A DNA stretch of 59,446 nucleotides from Eubacteriales bacterium (lineage in GTDB: Bacteria; Bacillota; Clostridia; Oscillospirales; QAKW01), in contig JAZSRD010000058.1 of NCBI GenBank assembly GCA_045538295.1, positions 1-59,446 of the forward strand, in the 5' to 3' direction. Positions 17,844 through 28,023 of the stretch are shown piece after piece. Under the pieces are notes generated by a model that worked only from the letters and a program-made list of their open reading frames with translations, had not been told where the DNA came from and searched no databases. The translations under genes and the position numbers were made by a program. Position 1 is the stretch's first letter. Every line of letters starts with the position of its first letter.

Positions 17844-19400
17844 ATGCAAGTAGAATTATGGGTGCTGATCGCCGTTGTGATTGCTGCTGTTATTTTAGGC
17901 TTTGTGCTGTTTTTAGCAGGCTTTACTTACCGTAAAAAGTCCGGCGAAAAACAGATCGGCTCTGCCCGGGAAGAAGCAAAGCGTATTATCAACGATGCTA
18001 TTAAAACTGCTGAAACCAAAAAGAAGGAAGCCCTGCTGGAAGCAAAGGAAGAATTGCTCCGGGAGCGCACTGAACAGGAAAAAGAGTTAAAAGAGCGTCG
18101 TGTGGAAGTAACACGGCAGGAAAAACGGCTGCAGCAACGGGAAGAAATTCTCGACAAAAAGTACGATAACATCGACCGCAAGGAAGAACTCCTTGCCGAA
18201 AAGCAAGAAAAGGTTGAAAAACTGCAGGTCGAGGTAGAAGACATTAAAAAGGCGCAGATCGCCATGCTGGAAAAGCTTTCCGGCTATACCGCCGAGGCTG
18301 CCAAGGCAGAACTGCTGCACATGATGGATTCTGAGTTGGAGCATGAATATGCCCTGAAGATCAGCGAGCACGAAAACAAGTTTAAAGAGGATGTGGACGA
18401 AAAGAGCAAGCATCTTCTTTCCCTTGCCATTCAAAAGTGCGCCGCCGATCATGTGGTGGAATCCACCGTTTCGGTGGTTGCTCTGCCCAGCGACGAAATG
18501 AAGGGCCGCATCATCGGTCGGGAGGGTCGGAATATCCGTGCTCTGGAAACCATCACCGGTGTGGATCTGATCATCGACGACACCCCCGAAGCAATTACCC
18601 TTTCCAGTTTCGATCCCATTCGCCGTGAAGTTGCCCGCCAAACCTTGGAGAAACTGATCTCCGATGGGCGCATTCATCCCACCCGCATCGAAGAAACGGT
18701 GGAAAAGGTACGCCGGGATCTGGAAGTTTCCATGAAAAAAGAGGGCGAGCGTGCCACCTTCGAAACCGGTGTGCACGGGTTGCATCCCGATCTCATTAAA
18801 CTGCTGGGCCGGCAGAAATACCGCACCAGCTACGGGCAGAATGTGCTCAACCACTCCATTGAGGTTTCCCAGCTCAGCGGCCTGCTTGCCGCCGAAATGG
18901 GTGCCGATATTACCCTTGCCAAGCGGGCAGGCTTGCTCCACGATATTGGTAAGAGCGTAGACTTTGAAATGGAAGGCTCCCACATCCAGATCGGTGTGGA
19001 TATTGCTAAAAAGTATAAAGAAAACGAAAAGGTGGTTCATGCCATTGCCGCCCACCATGGGGACGTGGAAACCGTATCTATTTACGATTCCATCGTGCAG
19101 GCCGCCGATGCCATTTCCGCCGCCCGCCCCGGCGCACGGCGTGAAAACCTGGAGAACTATATCACGCGCTTGGAGAAACTGGAAGAGATCGCAAACTCCT
19201 TCCCCGGTGTAGAAAAGACCTATGCCATCCAGGCGGGCAGAGAGATCCGTATTATCGTGAACCCCGAAAAGGTTGCCGACGATAAACTCACCATCCTCTC
19301 CCACGATATTGCTAAAAAGATTGAAAACGAACTGGAATATCCCGGACAGATCAAAGTTAATGTGTTGCGGGAATCCCGTGCCGTAGACTACGCAAAATAA
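17844..19400 (+). CDS. rny: ribonuclease Y
   Basis: N-terminal TM helix, long coiled coil, KH domain [17 protein letters not shown] domain LLHDIGK...AHHGD. Confidence 0.92.
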   Translation: MQVELWVLIAVVIAAVILGFVLFLAGFTYRKKSGEKQIGSAREEAKRIINDAIKTAETKKKEALLEAKEELLRERTEQEKELKERRVEVTRQEKRLQQREEILDKKYDNIDRKEELLAEKQEKVEKLQVEVEDIKKAQIAMLEKLSGYTAEAAKAELLHMMDSELEHEYALKISEHENKFKEDVDEKSKHLLSLAIQKCAADHVVESTVSVVALPSDEMKGRIIGREGRNIRALETITGVDLIIDDTPEAITLSSFDPIRREVARQTLEKLISDGRIHPTRIEETVEKVRRDLEVSMKKEGERATFETGVHGLHPDLIKLLGRQKYRTSYGQNVLNHSIEVSQLSGLLAAEMGADITLAKRAGLLHDIGKSVDFEMEGSHIQIGVDIAKKYKENEKVVHAIAAHHGDVETVSIYDSIVQAADAISAARPGARRENLENYITRLEKLEEIANSFPGVEKTYAIQAGREIRIIVNPEKVADDKLTILSHDIAKKIENELEYPGQIKVNVLRESRAVDYAK

Positions 19401-19406
19401 TGATGA

Positions 19407-19446
19407 GGGGCTGTAAAAAATCGCAAGATTTTTTACAGCCCCTTTT
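19407..19446 (+). terminator. rho-independent terminator (CTGTAAAAAATC hairpin family)
   Basis: GGGGCTGTAAAAAATC-GCAA-GATTTTTTACAGCCCC followed by TTTT. Confidence 0.8.
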
Positions 19447-19530
19447 ACAATATTGTTATAATTTTGCAATATCGTTAGATTGAAATCGCAATCAAGGAAT
19501 GGTACACTGTATTCAAAGGAGTGTGATTCC

Positions 19531-21903
19531 ATGAAAAGAACGGTTGAACCTTTAAAAAAAGCGTTCCAATTTAAAAAATTTGAATTAGATACCGTACCTG
19601 CCCAGGTCTTTTCCCCGGACTATGACGATAGCGATTGGCGCACTGTGCGGGTGCCCCACGATTGGGGCATCGAGGGAGAATTTTCTGCCGAAAACGATCC
19701 CACCGAAACCATTGTGAAAGAGGATGGCATGGTTAAATCCACCCTGATGACCGGCTGGAACGGCGGTCTGCCAACGGTGGGTGCAGGCGTTTACCGCAAA
19801 TGGGTAACCATTGAGCCTGCGGATAAGGTATTTTTGGAGCTGGACGGCGTTATGTGGACCAGTAAGGTCTATTGCAACGGCGTGGAGGTGGGCGGCTGCC
19901 ACTTTGGCTATAAATCCTACGAGGTGGATCTTACCCCCGCCGTTAAATTCGGAGAGAAAAACCTGCTGGCCATTTATGCAGAGGTGCGCCCCAATGCGGG
20001 CCGCTGGTATACCGGCGCCGGACTCTACCGCAACCTGCGGCTGGTGCGAAAAGATAAAGAACATATCACTTATAACGGTGTGTGGGTGCGGCAAACCTAT
20101 GCAGATAAAACCACCGCTGTAATGGATATTACCATTGATACCGTGGGTACCCAGGGCTTCACTGCCACCATTACCGATCCCTACGGAAGGGAGATTTCCT
20201 ATACCTCCGACGATAATTCCCTTATCTTTAAAATTCAAGATCCCGCCCTGTGGGATGTGGATGCGCCCCATCTTTACACCGCCACCGTTACCCTTGCAAG
20301 CGGGGATAGCCAACAGGTAAACTTTGGTGTGCGGATCTGCGAATTCACCACCGAGGGCTTTTTCCTAAACGGCAGAAAACTCAAGATGAACGGCGTTTGT
20401 ATGCACCACGATTTAGGTTCCATTGGTGCCGCAGTAAATATTTCTGCCCTGCGCCGCCAGATCGAGATCATGCAGGGCATGGGGGTAAATGCTTGGCGCA
20501 CCAGCCATAATCCCCCCGCCCCCGAGCTCCTGGACCTGTGCGACGAAATGGGTATTCTGGTAATGGACGAACTCTACGATGAGTGGACCGATCCCAAGGT
20601 TAAACACGGCTATACCCCCCATTTTGCAGAGCATGCCAAAGAGGATGCCATCGATGTGGTGCGGCGGGATCGTAACCACCCCTGCGTGATTATGTGGTCC
20701 TCCGGCAACGAGGTGCGGGATCAAAAGGATCCCAACGGTTGGAAACCGGCAAAACTGCTTTACGATGCCATCCGCGCCACCGATCCCACCCGCCCGGTAA
20801 CCTGCGCATTCAATTTCGCTAACGAAAGCTTTGAAAACCACCTGGCATTCTACACCGATATTGTGGGGCTGAACTATAAACCCCACGAATATAAAAAATT
20901 TCATCAGCAATATCCCCATATTCAACTGGTGGGCAGCGAAACAGAATCCTGCGTTTCCACCCGGGGCATCTATCACTTCCCGGCAAAGATCAACATCGGC
21001 AAACCCAAAAACGAAGACCTTGCCGTTTCCGCCTACGAGCTGTGTGCCCCCGGCTGGGCTTATTACCCGGAGCGGGAGCTGGCCGCCCAGGAGGATTGCC
21101 CCTTTGTGATGGGCGAATTTATCTGGACCGGCTTCGATTATATCGGCGAGCCCACCCCGTATTACACCGAGTGGCCCTCCCGCAGTTCTTATTTTGGGGT
21201 AGTGGATCTGGCCGGACTGCCCAAAAACCGCTATTACTGCTACCGTGCCCATTGGACTAACACCCCCACCCTGCATATCTTCCCCCATTGGACCTGGCCG
21301 GGCAAGGAGGGGGAGAATGTGCCGGTTCATATCTATACCAACTATGAAGAAGTGGAATTGTTTGTAAATGGTGTATCCCAGGGCAAACGCCGCCACGCCA
21401 CCGCCGCAGATGTGGCAGGAATTTACGAAAAACGTGCCGAAAAGGGCGTGCATTTGGGTAGATTCCGCCTGATGTGGAACGATGTGGTGTATCAGCCCGG
21501 GGAAATTACCGCCATTGCGTACCAAAACGGCTTGGAGGTTGCCCGCAGCACCGTTAAAACCGCCGGCGAGCCCCACCATATTAAACTTTCTGCCTATAGC
21601 AAAAAGATCCATGCCGATGGGGAGGATCTGAACTTTATCACCGCCTCCATTCTGGATGCAGAGGGCAATTTGTGCCCCCACGCCGCAGATCGCCTGACCT
21701 TTACCGTGGAGGGCGCCGCCGAATTCCTGACCACCGATGCGGGGGATCAGCGGGAAACAGAAACCTTCCTCCGCCCGGATAAAAAGGCATTGGCAGGCAT
21801 GCTGGTATGCTGTGTGCGGGCAACAGAACAGCCCGGTGCCGTTACCGTTACCTGCTCCGGCGAAGGGCTTCTTCCCGGCACTGTTACCTTTGAAGCAGAA
21901 TAA
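19531..21903 (+). CDS. glycoside hydrolase family 2 (beta-galactosidase/beta-glucuronidase-like)
   Basis: VPHDWGIEG, NAWRTSHNPP, NHPCVIMWSSGNEV (acid/base region), FIWTGFDYIGEP. Start at the ATG at 19531, behind AAGGAG. Confidence 0.85.
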   Translation: MKRTVEPLKKAFQFKKFELDTVPAQVFSPDYDDSDWRTVRVPHDWGIEGEFSAENDPTETIVKEDGMVKSTLMTGWNGGLPTVGAGVYRKWVTIEPADKVFLELDGVMWTSKVYCNGVEVGGCHFGYKSYEVDLTPAVKFGEKNLLAIYAEVRPNAGRWYTGAGLYRNLRLVRKDKEHITYNGVWVRQTYADKTTAVMDITIDTVGTQGFTATITDPYGREISYTSDDNSLIFKIQDPALWDVDAPHLYTATVTLASGDSQQVNFGVRICEFTTEGFFLNGRKLKMNGVCMHHDLGSIGAAVNISALRRQIEIMQGMGVNAWRTSHNPPAPELLDLCDEMGILVMDELYDEWTDPKVKHGYTPHFAEHAKEDAIDVVRRDRNHPCVIMWSSGNEVRDQKDPNGWKPAKLLYDAIRATDPTRPVTCAFNFANESFENHLAFYTDIVGLNYKPHEYKKFHQQYPHIQLVGSETESCVSTRGIYHFPAKINIGKPKNEDLAVSAYELCAPGWAYYPERELAAQEDCPFVMGEFIWTGFDYIGEPTPYYTEWPSRSSYFGVVDLAGLPKNRYYCYRAHWTNTPTLHIFPHWTWPGKEGENVPVHIYTNYEEVELFVNGVSQGKRRHATAADVAGIYEKRAEKGVHLGRFRLMWNDVVYQPGEITAIAYQNGLEVARSTVKTAGEPHHIKLSAYSKKIHADGEDLNFITASILDAEGNLCPHAADRLTFTVEGAAEFLTTDAGDQRETETFLRPDKKALAGMLVCCVRATEQPGAVTVTCSGEGLLPGTVTFEAE

Positions 21904-21905
21904 AG

Positions 21906-21932
21906 AAAAAGCACCCGAAAGGGTGCTTTTTT
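21906..21932 (+). terminator. rho-independent terminator
   Basis: AAAAAGCACCC-GAAA-GGGTGCTTTTTT directly after the GH2 stop codon. Confidence 0.8.
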
Positions 21933-22137
21933 AATGATATATTTTGCTGCCGCAAAATATGAAATAATTATCAATGATCATTATGATATATTTGGATTGC
22001 ATCCAAATATGATATAGAATAAATCCCATACGCCTTGGCGTATTTCATATTGTGAAACAATATTTCATATCCCCGGGATATTTCATAAATTCCGTAAGGG
22101 ATTTATTTCATTGCGTGATGATCACAGAGCATCACGC
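21933..22137 (+). repeat. family-2 hairpin array (eight different short hairpins with TTTCAT/GATAT spacers)
   Basis: Hairpins at 21939-21960, 21964-21984, 21988-22010, 22028-22043, 22047-22063, 22067-22081, 22087-22104 and 22113-22137. The last overlaps the rsmG stop codon. Confidence 0.75.
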
Positions 22138-22851
22138 TAATGGGTTTGATTTGATTTGCTTGGGCCCTCTGGGATACACCTTGGGTGTATCGTTTATCTT
22201 GCGTATTACGATAATCGCCCGCTTATCTTCCTCCCCGGGGAGGGTATAGTGGAACACCTGCTCCACCTTACCGCCCAATATACGAATGGCTTTTTGCGCC
22301 CGCTCCAATTCTTCATCGGCAGTGGCCCCCTTATAGGCAATCAGGGCACCGCCTTTTTTCACCAAGGGCAAGCAATATTCCAGCAGTTTGGAAAGCTCTG
22401 CCACTGCACGGGATACCGCAATATCAAAGCTGCTCCGCAGAGCAGGATTATGCCCTGCATCCTCTGCACGGGCGTGGAGAGTGGAAATATCGGTTAGGTT
22501 CAGCCGGGCAATTACCCCATCAATAAAGGTTAGCCGCTTATTTAGGGAATCCAGCAGAGTCATCTCCAGATGGGGCGCCGCCAATTTTAAGGGCAGGGAG
22601 GGAAATCCTGCGCCGCAACCCACATCCACCACCTTGGCGCCTTTCGGAAAGATCCCCTTGGAAAGGGGGTAGATGCTATCCCAATAATGCTTTTTCATCA
22701 TCTCCCAAGGGTCGGTAATGGCGGTAAGGTTCATCACCTTGTTGGTTTCCAGCAGCTGCTCTTCAAACTGCAGCAGTTTTGCTCCTAAATCGGCAGGGCA
22801 GGAGATATTTTCCTGCTCCAAAAGCGCCGTTAATTGCTTCATGCGCTCCAT
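22132..22851 (-). CDS. rsmG: 16S rRNA (guanine527-N7)-methyltransferase RsmG
   Basis: VVDVGCGAGFPSLPLK SAM motif. Position directly downstream of mnmG. Confidence 0.9.
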   Translation of the reverse strand: MERMKQLTALLEQENISCPADLGAKLLQFEEQLLETNKVMNLTAITDPWEMMKKHYWDSIYPLSKGIFPKGAKVVDVGCGAGFPSLPLKLAAPHLEMTLLDSLNKRLTFIDGVIARLNLTDISTLHARAEDAGHNPALRSSFDIAVSRAVAELSKLLEYCLPLVKKGGALIAYKGATADEELERAQKAIRILGGKVEQVFHYTLPGEEDKRAIIVIRKINDTPKVYPRGPKQIKSNPLA

Positions 22852-22853
22852 GT

Positions 22854-24767
22854 TTACCCCTCCGATCCTTCCGTGTTGCTCTTTTTGAGCCGTTGGTTCC
22901 GTTGCTCCAATTCGATCATCAGCACGCTGATGTCTGCAGGGCTTACCCCGCTGATACGGCTTGCCTGCCCAATGCTCACCGGGCGTACCGCCGCCAGTTT
23001 TTGCCGTGCCTCCAGCCGCAGGCCCTCCATGGCGCTGTAGTCCAGATCCTCCGGCAGGCGGCGTTTTTCCAGCTTTTGAAATTCCTTTACCTTGGAGAGC
23101 TGCATCTTAATGTAGCCTTCGTACTTAATGGAGATCTCTGCCTGCCGCCCCTCTGCCTTGGTAAGGGCAGGGCGCTCCGGATCCACCGGCGCCAGATCAA
23201 AATACCCCACCTGGGGGCGGGAGATCAGCTCTGCCAAAGATGCCCCTGCCGAAAGGCGGGGTGTGCCGCAGCGTTCCAAGATCTGCTGTAGTTCCTCGTT
23301 GTTGGGGGAAAGGTAAGTCTTCCGCAGGCGGGCGATCTCTTGGTCGATGTTTTCTTTCTTTTGCAAAAATTTAGCGTACCGCTCCTCACTGATCAGCCCC
23401 AGCTCATAGCCGATGGGAGTCAGCCGCAGATCCGCATTGTCCTGGCGGAGCAGTAAGCGGTATTCACTGCGGCTGGTCATCATCCGGTAAGGCTCCGGGG
23501 TGCCTTTTGTCACTAAATCGTCGATGAGGGTGCCGATATAGGAATTGGCACGGTCCAAAATCAAGGGTTCCTTGCCCTGGATCTTTCGGGCGGCGTTCAC
23601 CCCTGCCACCAAGCCCTGGGCTGCCGCTTCCTCGTAGCCGGAGGAGCCGTTGAACTGCCCGGCACCATATAAGCCGTCGATGTTCTTAAATTCCAGGGTG
23701 GGCAGCAGTGCCTGGGGATCCACGCAATCGTACTGAATGGCGTATGCCACCCGCATGATCTCTGCCTTTTCCAAACCCTTAATGGAATGAATAAACTGCC
23801 GCTGCACAAATTCCGGCAGGGAGGAGGAAAGCCCCTGCAGATACATTTCTTCCGTTTCCAAACCGCAGGGCTCCACAAATAATTGGTGGGCGGTCTTTTC
23901 TTTAAACCGCATGATCTTATCTTCTATGCTGGGGCAGTAGCGGGGTCCCACCCCGTGGATCTGCCCGCTGTAAATGGGGGAGAGGTGAATATTATCACGA
24001 ATAATTTGGTGGGTGGTTTCATTGGTGGCGGTAAGCCAGCATACCACCTGGTTTTCGCCAATGTCCTCGTTTTCAAAGGAGAAGGGAATGATCTCTTTAT
24101 CTCCCTCCTGCACCGTCATTTTGGAAAAATCCAAACTGCGGCGGTTTACCCGGGCAGGGGTGCCAGTTTTAAAACGGCGCAGGGGTACCCCCAGTTTTTC
24201 CAGGCATTCGCTCAACTGATTGGCGGGGAACATTCCGTCGGGTCCCCCGGGCAGCTGGCTTTCGCCAATGATGATCTCTCCCTTTAAGTAGGTGCCGGTG
24301 GCAAGGATCACCGCTTTGGCGCCGTATTGGGCGCCCAAATGGGTCACCACCCCGGTCACTTGATTGTTTTCTGCCTCTATTTCCACAATTTCTCCCTGGA
24401 TCAACTGCAGGTTTTCCTGCCGCTCCAGGGCGTGCTTCATGTATTTGGTGTATTCCCGCCGATCGGACTGCACCCGCAGAGAGTGCACCGCCGGCCCCTT
24501 GCCCAGGTTGAGCATGCGGCTTTGCAAAAAGGTGGCATCTGCCGCCTTGCCCATCTCACCGCCCAGGGCGTCGATCTCACACACCAAATGCCCCTTGGCA
24601 GTGCCGCCGATAGAGGGGTTGCAGGGCATATTGCCCACCCCGTCCAGGCAGATGGTAAACACCCCCACCCGGCAACCCAGCCGAGCGGCGGCAAGCCCTG
24701 CCTCGATGCCCGCATGTCCGGCACCGATCACCGCAATGTCTAAATTTTCAACAAAGTATTTTTTCAT
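22854..24767 (-). CDS. mnmG: tRNA uridine 5-carboxymethylaminomethyl modification enzyme MnmG (GidA)
   Basis: FAD fold [42 protein letters not shown]. Confidence 0.95.
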   Translation of the reverse strand: MKKYFVENLDIAVIGAGHAGIEAGLAAARLGCRVGVFTICLDGVGNMPCNPSIGGTAKGHLVCEIDALGGEMGKAADATFLQSRMLNLGKGPAVHSLRVQSDRREYTKYMKHALERQENLQLIQGEIVEIEAENNQVTGVVTHLGAQYGAKAVILATGTYLKGEIIIGESQLPGGPDGMFPANQLSECLEKLGVPLRRFKTGTPARVNRRSLDFSKMTVQEGDKEIIPFSFENEDIGENQVVCWLTATNETTHQIIRDNIHLSPIYSGQIHGVGPRYCPSIEDKIMRFKEKTAHQLFVEPCGLETEEMYLQGLSSSLPEFVQRQFIHSIKGLEKAEIMRVAYAIQYDCVDPQALLPTLEFKNIDGLYGAGQFNGSSGYEEAAAQGLVAGVNAARKIQGKEPLILDRANSYIGTLIDDLVTKGTPEPYRMMTSRSEYRLLLRQDNADLRLTPIGYELGLISEERYAKFLQKKENIDQEIARLRKTYLSPNNEELQQILERCGTPRLSAGASLAELISRPQVGYFDLAPVDPERPALTKAEGRQAEISIKYEGYIKMQLSKVKEFQKLEKRRLPEDLDYSAMEGLRLEARQKLAAVRPVSIGQASRISGVSPADISVLMIELEQRNQRLKKSNTEGSEG

Positions 24768-24856
24768 TCTTTTCTGTCTTTCTGTATAAAGAAAAAGTTT
24801 TTTCTGTTTTTATAAGTAAGAGATTTTTGTGCTGTTTTTTCTTTTCTCCGGGTGAA

Positions 24857-24874
24857 GGCGTATGTGGATACGCC
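24857..24874 (-). repeat. isolated H4-apex-type palindrome GGCGTAT-GTGG-ATACGCC in the mnmE-mnmG spacer
   Basis: Same heptamer palindrome as in the family-1 H4 apices and the 14255-14422 mini-units. Confidence 0.5.
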
Positions 24875-24911
24875 GAACACGGAAAAAGGAAAAAGAGCCA
24901 AAAAGATCCAC

Positions 24912-26249
24912 TTACTTCCCAACGCAAAAGCGGGAAAAGATCTGATCTATCATCTGGTCCGTTACTGTGGCTCCCGTTACCTCCCCCACTGCAGCGGCGG
25001 CTTCGGTAATATCAAGGGACGCCATATCCGGGGTAAAGCCCTGCTCCAGCCCTGCAATGGCTTGCCGCAAATGGCGCTGCCCCTCCAGCAAGCGTTGCGC
25101 CTGGTTCACCGAGGTAATGAACCCCTGGGCTTGCACATCTTCGGCGTTAAATTGCTCTCGTACCCACTGGTCTAAAGCGTTGCACCCACTGCCGGTTTGG
25201 GCAGAAACTTCTACACAGTGTATAAATTTACTTTGAATATACTCTTTGTTCGCAATTTGAGGCAGATCTGCCTTGTTAATAATGGCTAAATTCCCCTCCC
25301 CGCCAAACTGCTCTGCCAGGGCCATATCCTCCTCCGTAAGGGGGCGGGAACCGTCGAACACGGCAAATACCACTGCCGCTTCCTCTGCCCGACGGCGGGC
25401 AATGCTGATGCCCTGCTGCTCCACCGGGTCGGCTGTTTCCCGAATACCGGCGGTATCGGCAATATGGCATTTCAGATCCCCCAGGCGGCAGCCTTCGGTA
25501 ACAGTATCTCGGGTGGTGCCGGGAATGGCAGAAACAATGCTGCGGTCGTAGCCCAGCAGTTGGTTCATCAGGGTGCTTTTGCCCACGTTGGGCGCCCCCA
25601 CAATAGCAATATTCAACCCTTCCCGGATCAGTTGACCCCGGCGGGTGCCTGCTAAAAGTTCTTCCAACGCCGCATCTAAAGAGCGGAGCTCTGCCAAAAG
25701 ATCTTCTTCGGGGGCATCCACCTCTTCGGGGAAATCCACATAGGCAAGAAGCTCTGTGTTCAGTTCCACCAACCGATCATAAACGGCGGTAATTTTGCGG
25801 GATAAGTGCCCCTCCATTTGGGAGAGGGCATTTTTCTGCTCCGCTCGGGAGGTGGCTTCGATCAGGTCGATCACCGCCTGGGCCTTTACCAGATCCAGCT
25901 TGCCGTTTAAAAAGGCACGCTTGGAAAATTCCCCCGGTGCCGCCAGCCGGCAGCCTTGGCGCAGCAGCAGTTCCACCACGCTTTGAAGCACGTATAACCC
26001 CCCGTGGCAGCACAGCTCTGCCGTATCTTCCCCGGTATAGGAGCGAGGGCCTTTGTAGAAGGTTACCACCGCTTCGTCGTAGACCTCCCCCTGCCACACA
26101 ATGCGGCGAAGGGCGGCCTTACCCGGCTCTGCCAAGGGTTTATTTAAAATGGACGCCAAAATCTCCGCCGTTTCCGGACCGCTGATGCGGATAATGCCCA
26201 GTGCGGCAGTTGCAGGAGCCGTGGAGATGGCACAAATGGTATCACTCAT
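24912..26249 (-). CDS. mnmE: tRNA modification GTPase MnmE (TrmE)
   Basis: G domain GAPNVGKSTLMN, DTAGIRET, NKADL. C-terminal CVGK. Confidence 0.95.
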   Translation of the reverse strand: MSDTICAISTAPATAALGIIRISGPETAEILASILNKPLAEPGKAALRRIVWQGEVYDEAVVTFYKGPRSYTGEDTAELCCHGGLYVLQSVVELLLRQGCRLAAPGEFSKRAFLNGKLDLVKAQAVIDLIEATSRAEQKNALSQMEGHLSRKITAVYDRLVELNTELLAYVDFPEEVDAPEEDLLAELRSLDAALEELLAGTRRGQLIREGLNIAIVGAPNVGKSTLMNQLLGYDRSIVSAIPGTTRDTVTEGCRLGDLKCHIADTAGIRETADPVEQQGISIARRRAEEAAVVFAVFDGSRPLTEEDMALAEQFGGEGNLAIINKADLPQIANKEYIQSKFIHCVEVSAQTGSGCNALDQWVREQFNAEDVQAQGFITSVNQAQRLLEGQRHLRQAIAGLEQGFTPDMASLDITEAAAAVGEVTGATVTDQMIDQIFSRFCVGK

Positions 26250-26367
26250 TTTCGTTCCTCGTTTTAAATAATATTACATTTTATTTTACTACATTATAAA
26301 AAAAGTTGCAACAATAAAGAACGATCTTGCCCCACATCTTTTAAAGAAGTTGGACAAGACCGTTTTT

Positions 26368-27867
26368 TTATGAAAGATAATATACCTTGGCGGTTTGATC
26401 GCCAAACACAGTTCGGATCTTTTCCCGGGCGTTTTCGTCGAAATCCAGGTTTTCCGGCTCGGCGATCTCGTTGCCGCCGATCTGTCCGATCTTACCGCCC
26501 AGGTGCTGAATAAAGGTGTTGCCGTCCATAGCGGGGCAATATTCATCCTTCAGTGCCACCAAATGAAGCATACGATAGGCACAGCGGTCAAAAATATTGT
26601 TGCAGATGGAATAGTTGTGGGCGGTGTTGATATAACTCCAACCCTTAATAAGGGCGGGGGTATGGTAGTTGTGCCGTTGCTGACCCCAGCCGTAGCCGCC
26701 CAGGCGGATAAAGTTCCCGCTCATTACCACATCGTCCATGTAGCTTTCCTGCTCACCGTCCAGCTGATCCAGGAAATATTCAATGCCGTAAACACATTTT
26801 TCGATCAGATTATCGGTGTAGCGAATGCCGGTCATGGTGCGCTTAACAGTGGTACTCACCTGATGGGTGATGGCGGCATCGTATACCTCATAAATGTAGT
26901 TATTATGCGCCACATAATTTTCGCAACCGCCGTACACCTCAATGGCGTTACCAAAGCGGGTCACCGTGCCTCGGGTGCCTTGGGGATAGTTGGGATCGGT
27001 GCCCATATAATGCTGAATGGTACCGCCGATCCAGCCCATCTCGCAGTTGGTAACGGTAAGCCCAACCGAGTGCCCGCCGGCGGCTACACCGTGCATCCCC
27101 ACGTATTTAATACACACATTGTCGATGGTCACATTGGGGTTTTGCCCCACCTTGAACATATGGGTTCGTGCCACCGATTCGATCTCCTCAAAAACCTCCC
27201 CGGGATTGCCCCGGTCACACCGTAGGTAAAGGGTACCGTGACTGCGCTCCCAAAAAAAGGGAATGGGGAAATCCTCTCCCTTGGAGGGCAGGCGGGTCAG
27301 GTAACTGTCGTCGTGGCAAAAAAGATCCAGATCCCGGGTCATTTCCTTTTCGATGATAAAGGGTCTGCTTTCATCCTCCCGGCAAACAAACTGTAAATTT
27401 TTATAGGTGGGGATCAGCTTGCGGGAATGGAATTCTCCACCGTTGAAGACCAAGGTGCCGGAATCCAGCAATTTTTTGGTGCATTTCCAAATGTTATGCT
27501 CTTTATTGTAAAGCTCCCAAAGGGCAGGATCTGCAAGGGAGCATTCGCTGCCGTAAAATTTGGGCTTTTCCCCCTCACCGTAGGCACCGTAGGAAACACC
27601 GGGCTTGGTCATTACCGTGCCGCGAAAAAGATCGCCCCGGTTAAACAGCACTCCATCCCCGGGGTTCAGGTAGGCGGCAGATACCCGGTTTAGGCTCTTC
27701 CAGGCAGTGGCAGGGCTTTTACCATCGGCAGTATCGTTGCCGCTGCTGCTCACATAATAGGTAACCCCGCTGATCTTTAATTCATCCTTGGTGTGCAGGA
27801 TCTCCTGCTTGCGCTGTTCAAAAAGCAGATCATATTGCTGCTGCAATTCCTTGGTAGCCTCTTTCAT
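26368..27867 (-). CDS. right-handed parallel beta-helix repeat protein (pectate-lyase-fold, function unknown)
   Basis: 499 aa from the ATG at 27867 (GGAGG 8 nt upstream). YYVSSSGNDTADGKSPATAWKSL, typical of beta-helix N-caps, then repeated G/N/H-rich turns. No signal peptide. Confidence 0.55.
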   Translation of the reverse strand: MKEATKELQQQYDLLFEQRKQEILHTKDELKISGVTYYVSSSGNDTADGKSPATAWKSLNRVSAAYLNPGDGVLFNRGDLFRGTVMTKPGVSYGAYGEGEKPKFYGSECSLADPALWELYNKEHNIWKCTKKLLDSGTLVFNGGEFHSRKLIPTYKNLQFVCREDESRPFIIEKEMTRDLDLFCHDDSYLTRLPSKGEDFPIPFFWERSHGTLYLRCDRGNPGEVFEEIESVARTHMFKVGQNPNVTIDNVCIKYVGMHGVAAGGHSVGLTVTNCEMGWIGGTIQHYMGTDPNYPQGTRGTVTRFGNAIEVYGGCENYVAHNNYIYEVYDAAITHQVSTTVKRTMTGIRYTDNLIEKCVYGIEYFLDQLDGEQESYMDDVVMSGNFIRLGGYGWGQQRHNYHTPALIKGWSYINTAHNYSICNNIFDRCAYRMLHLVALKDEYCPAMDGNTFIQHLGGKIGQIGGNEIAEPENLDFDENAREKIRTVFGDQTAKVYYLS

Positions 27868-28023
27868 GGCAAAGTGCCTCCATTGGTCATTTTTTTGCAT
27901 TATAACACACCATGCTGTTATATTCAACGCCTGCAGATAAAAAGAAAAGAAACAAAGGAAAGAACACAAATTCTTTCCTTTGTTTCTTAAATTTTGGCTT
28001 AATTTAATGATATATTTTGCTGG

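Noticed and set aside
18087-19532. Long antisense ORFs opposite well-supported genes. 481 aa opposite rny here; also 20413-21681 opposite the GH2 gene, 32829-34043 opposite dnaA, 29503-30477 opposite yidC, 51010-52152 opposite the MFS gene, 53495-54307 opposite clpC and 41955-42812 opposite the SLH gene.
   Set aside because: Shadow ORFs typical of GC-biased coding regions. Their translations are low-complexity (G/H/V/A-rich), carry no recognisable motifs and lack RBSs, while the opposite-strand genes have strong family signatures.
22067-22081. ATATCCCCGGGATAT as a Noc-binding site (NBS consensus ATTTCCCGGGAAAT).
   Set aside because: It is 15 rather than 14 nt, with different flanks. It is one of eight unrelated palindromes in the same array, so it is more simply a family-2 hairpin module.
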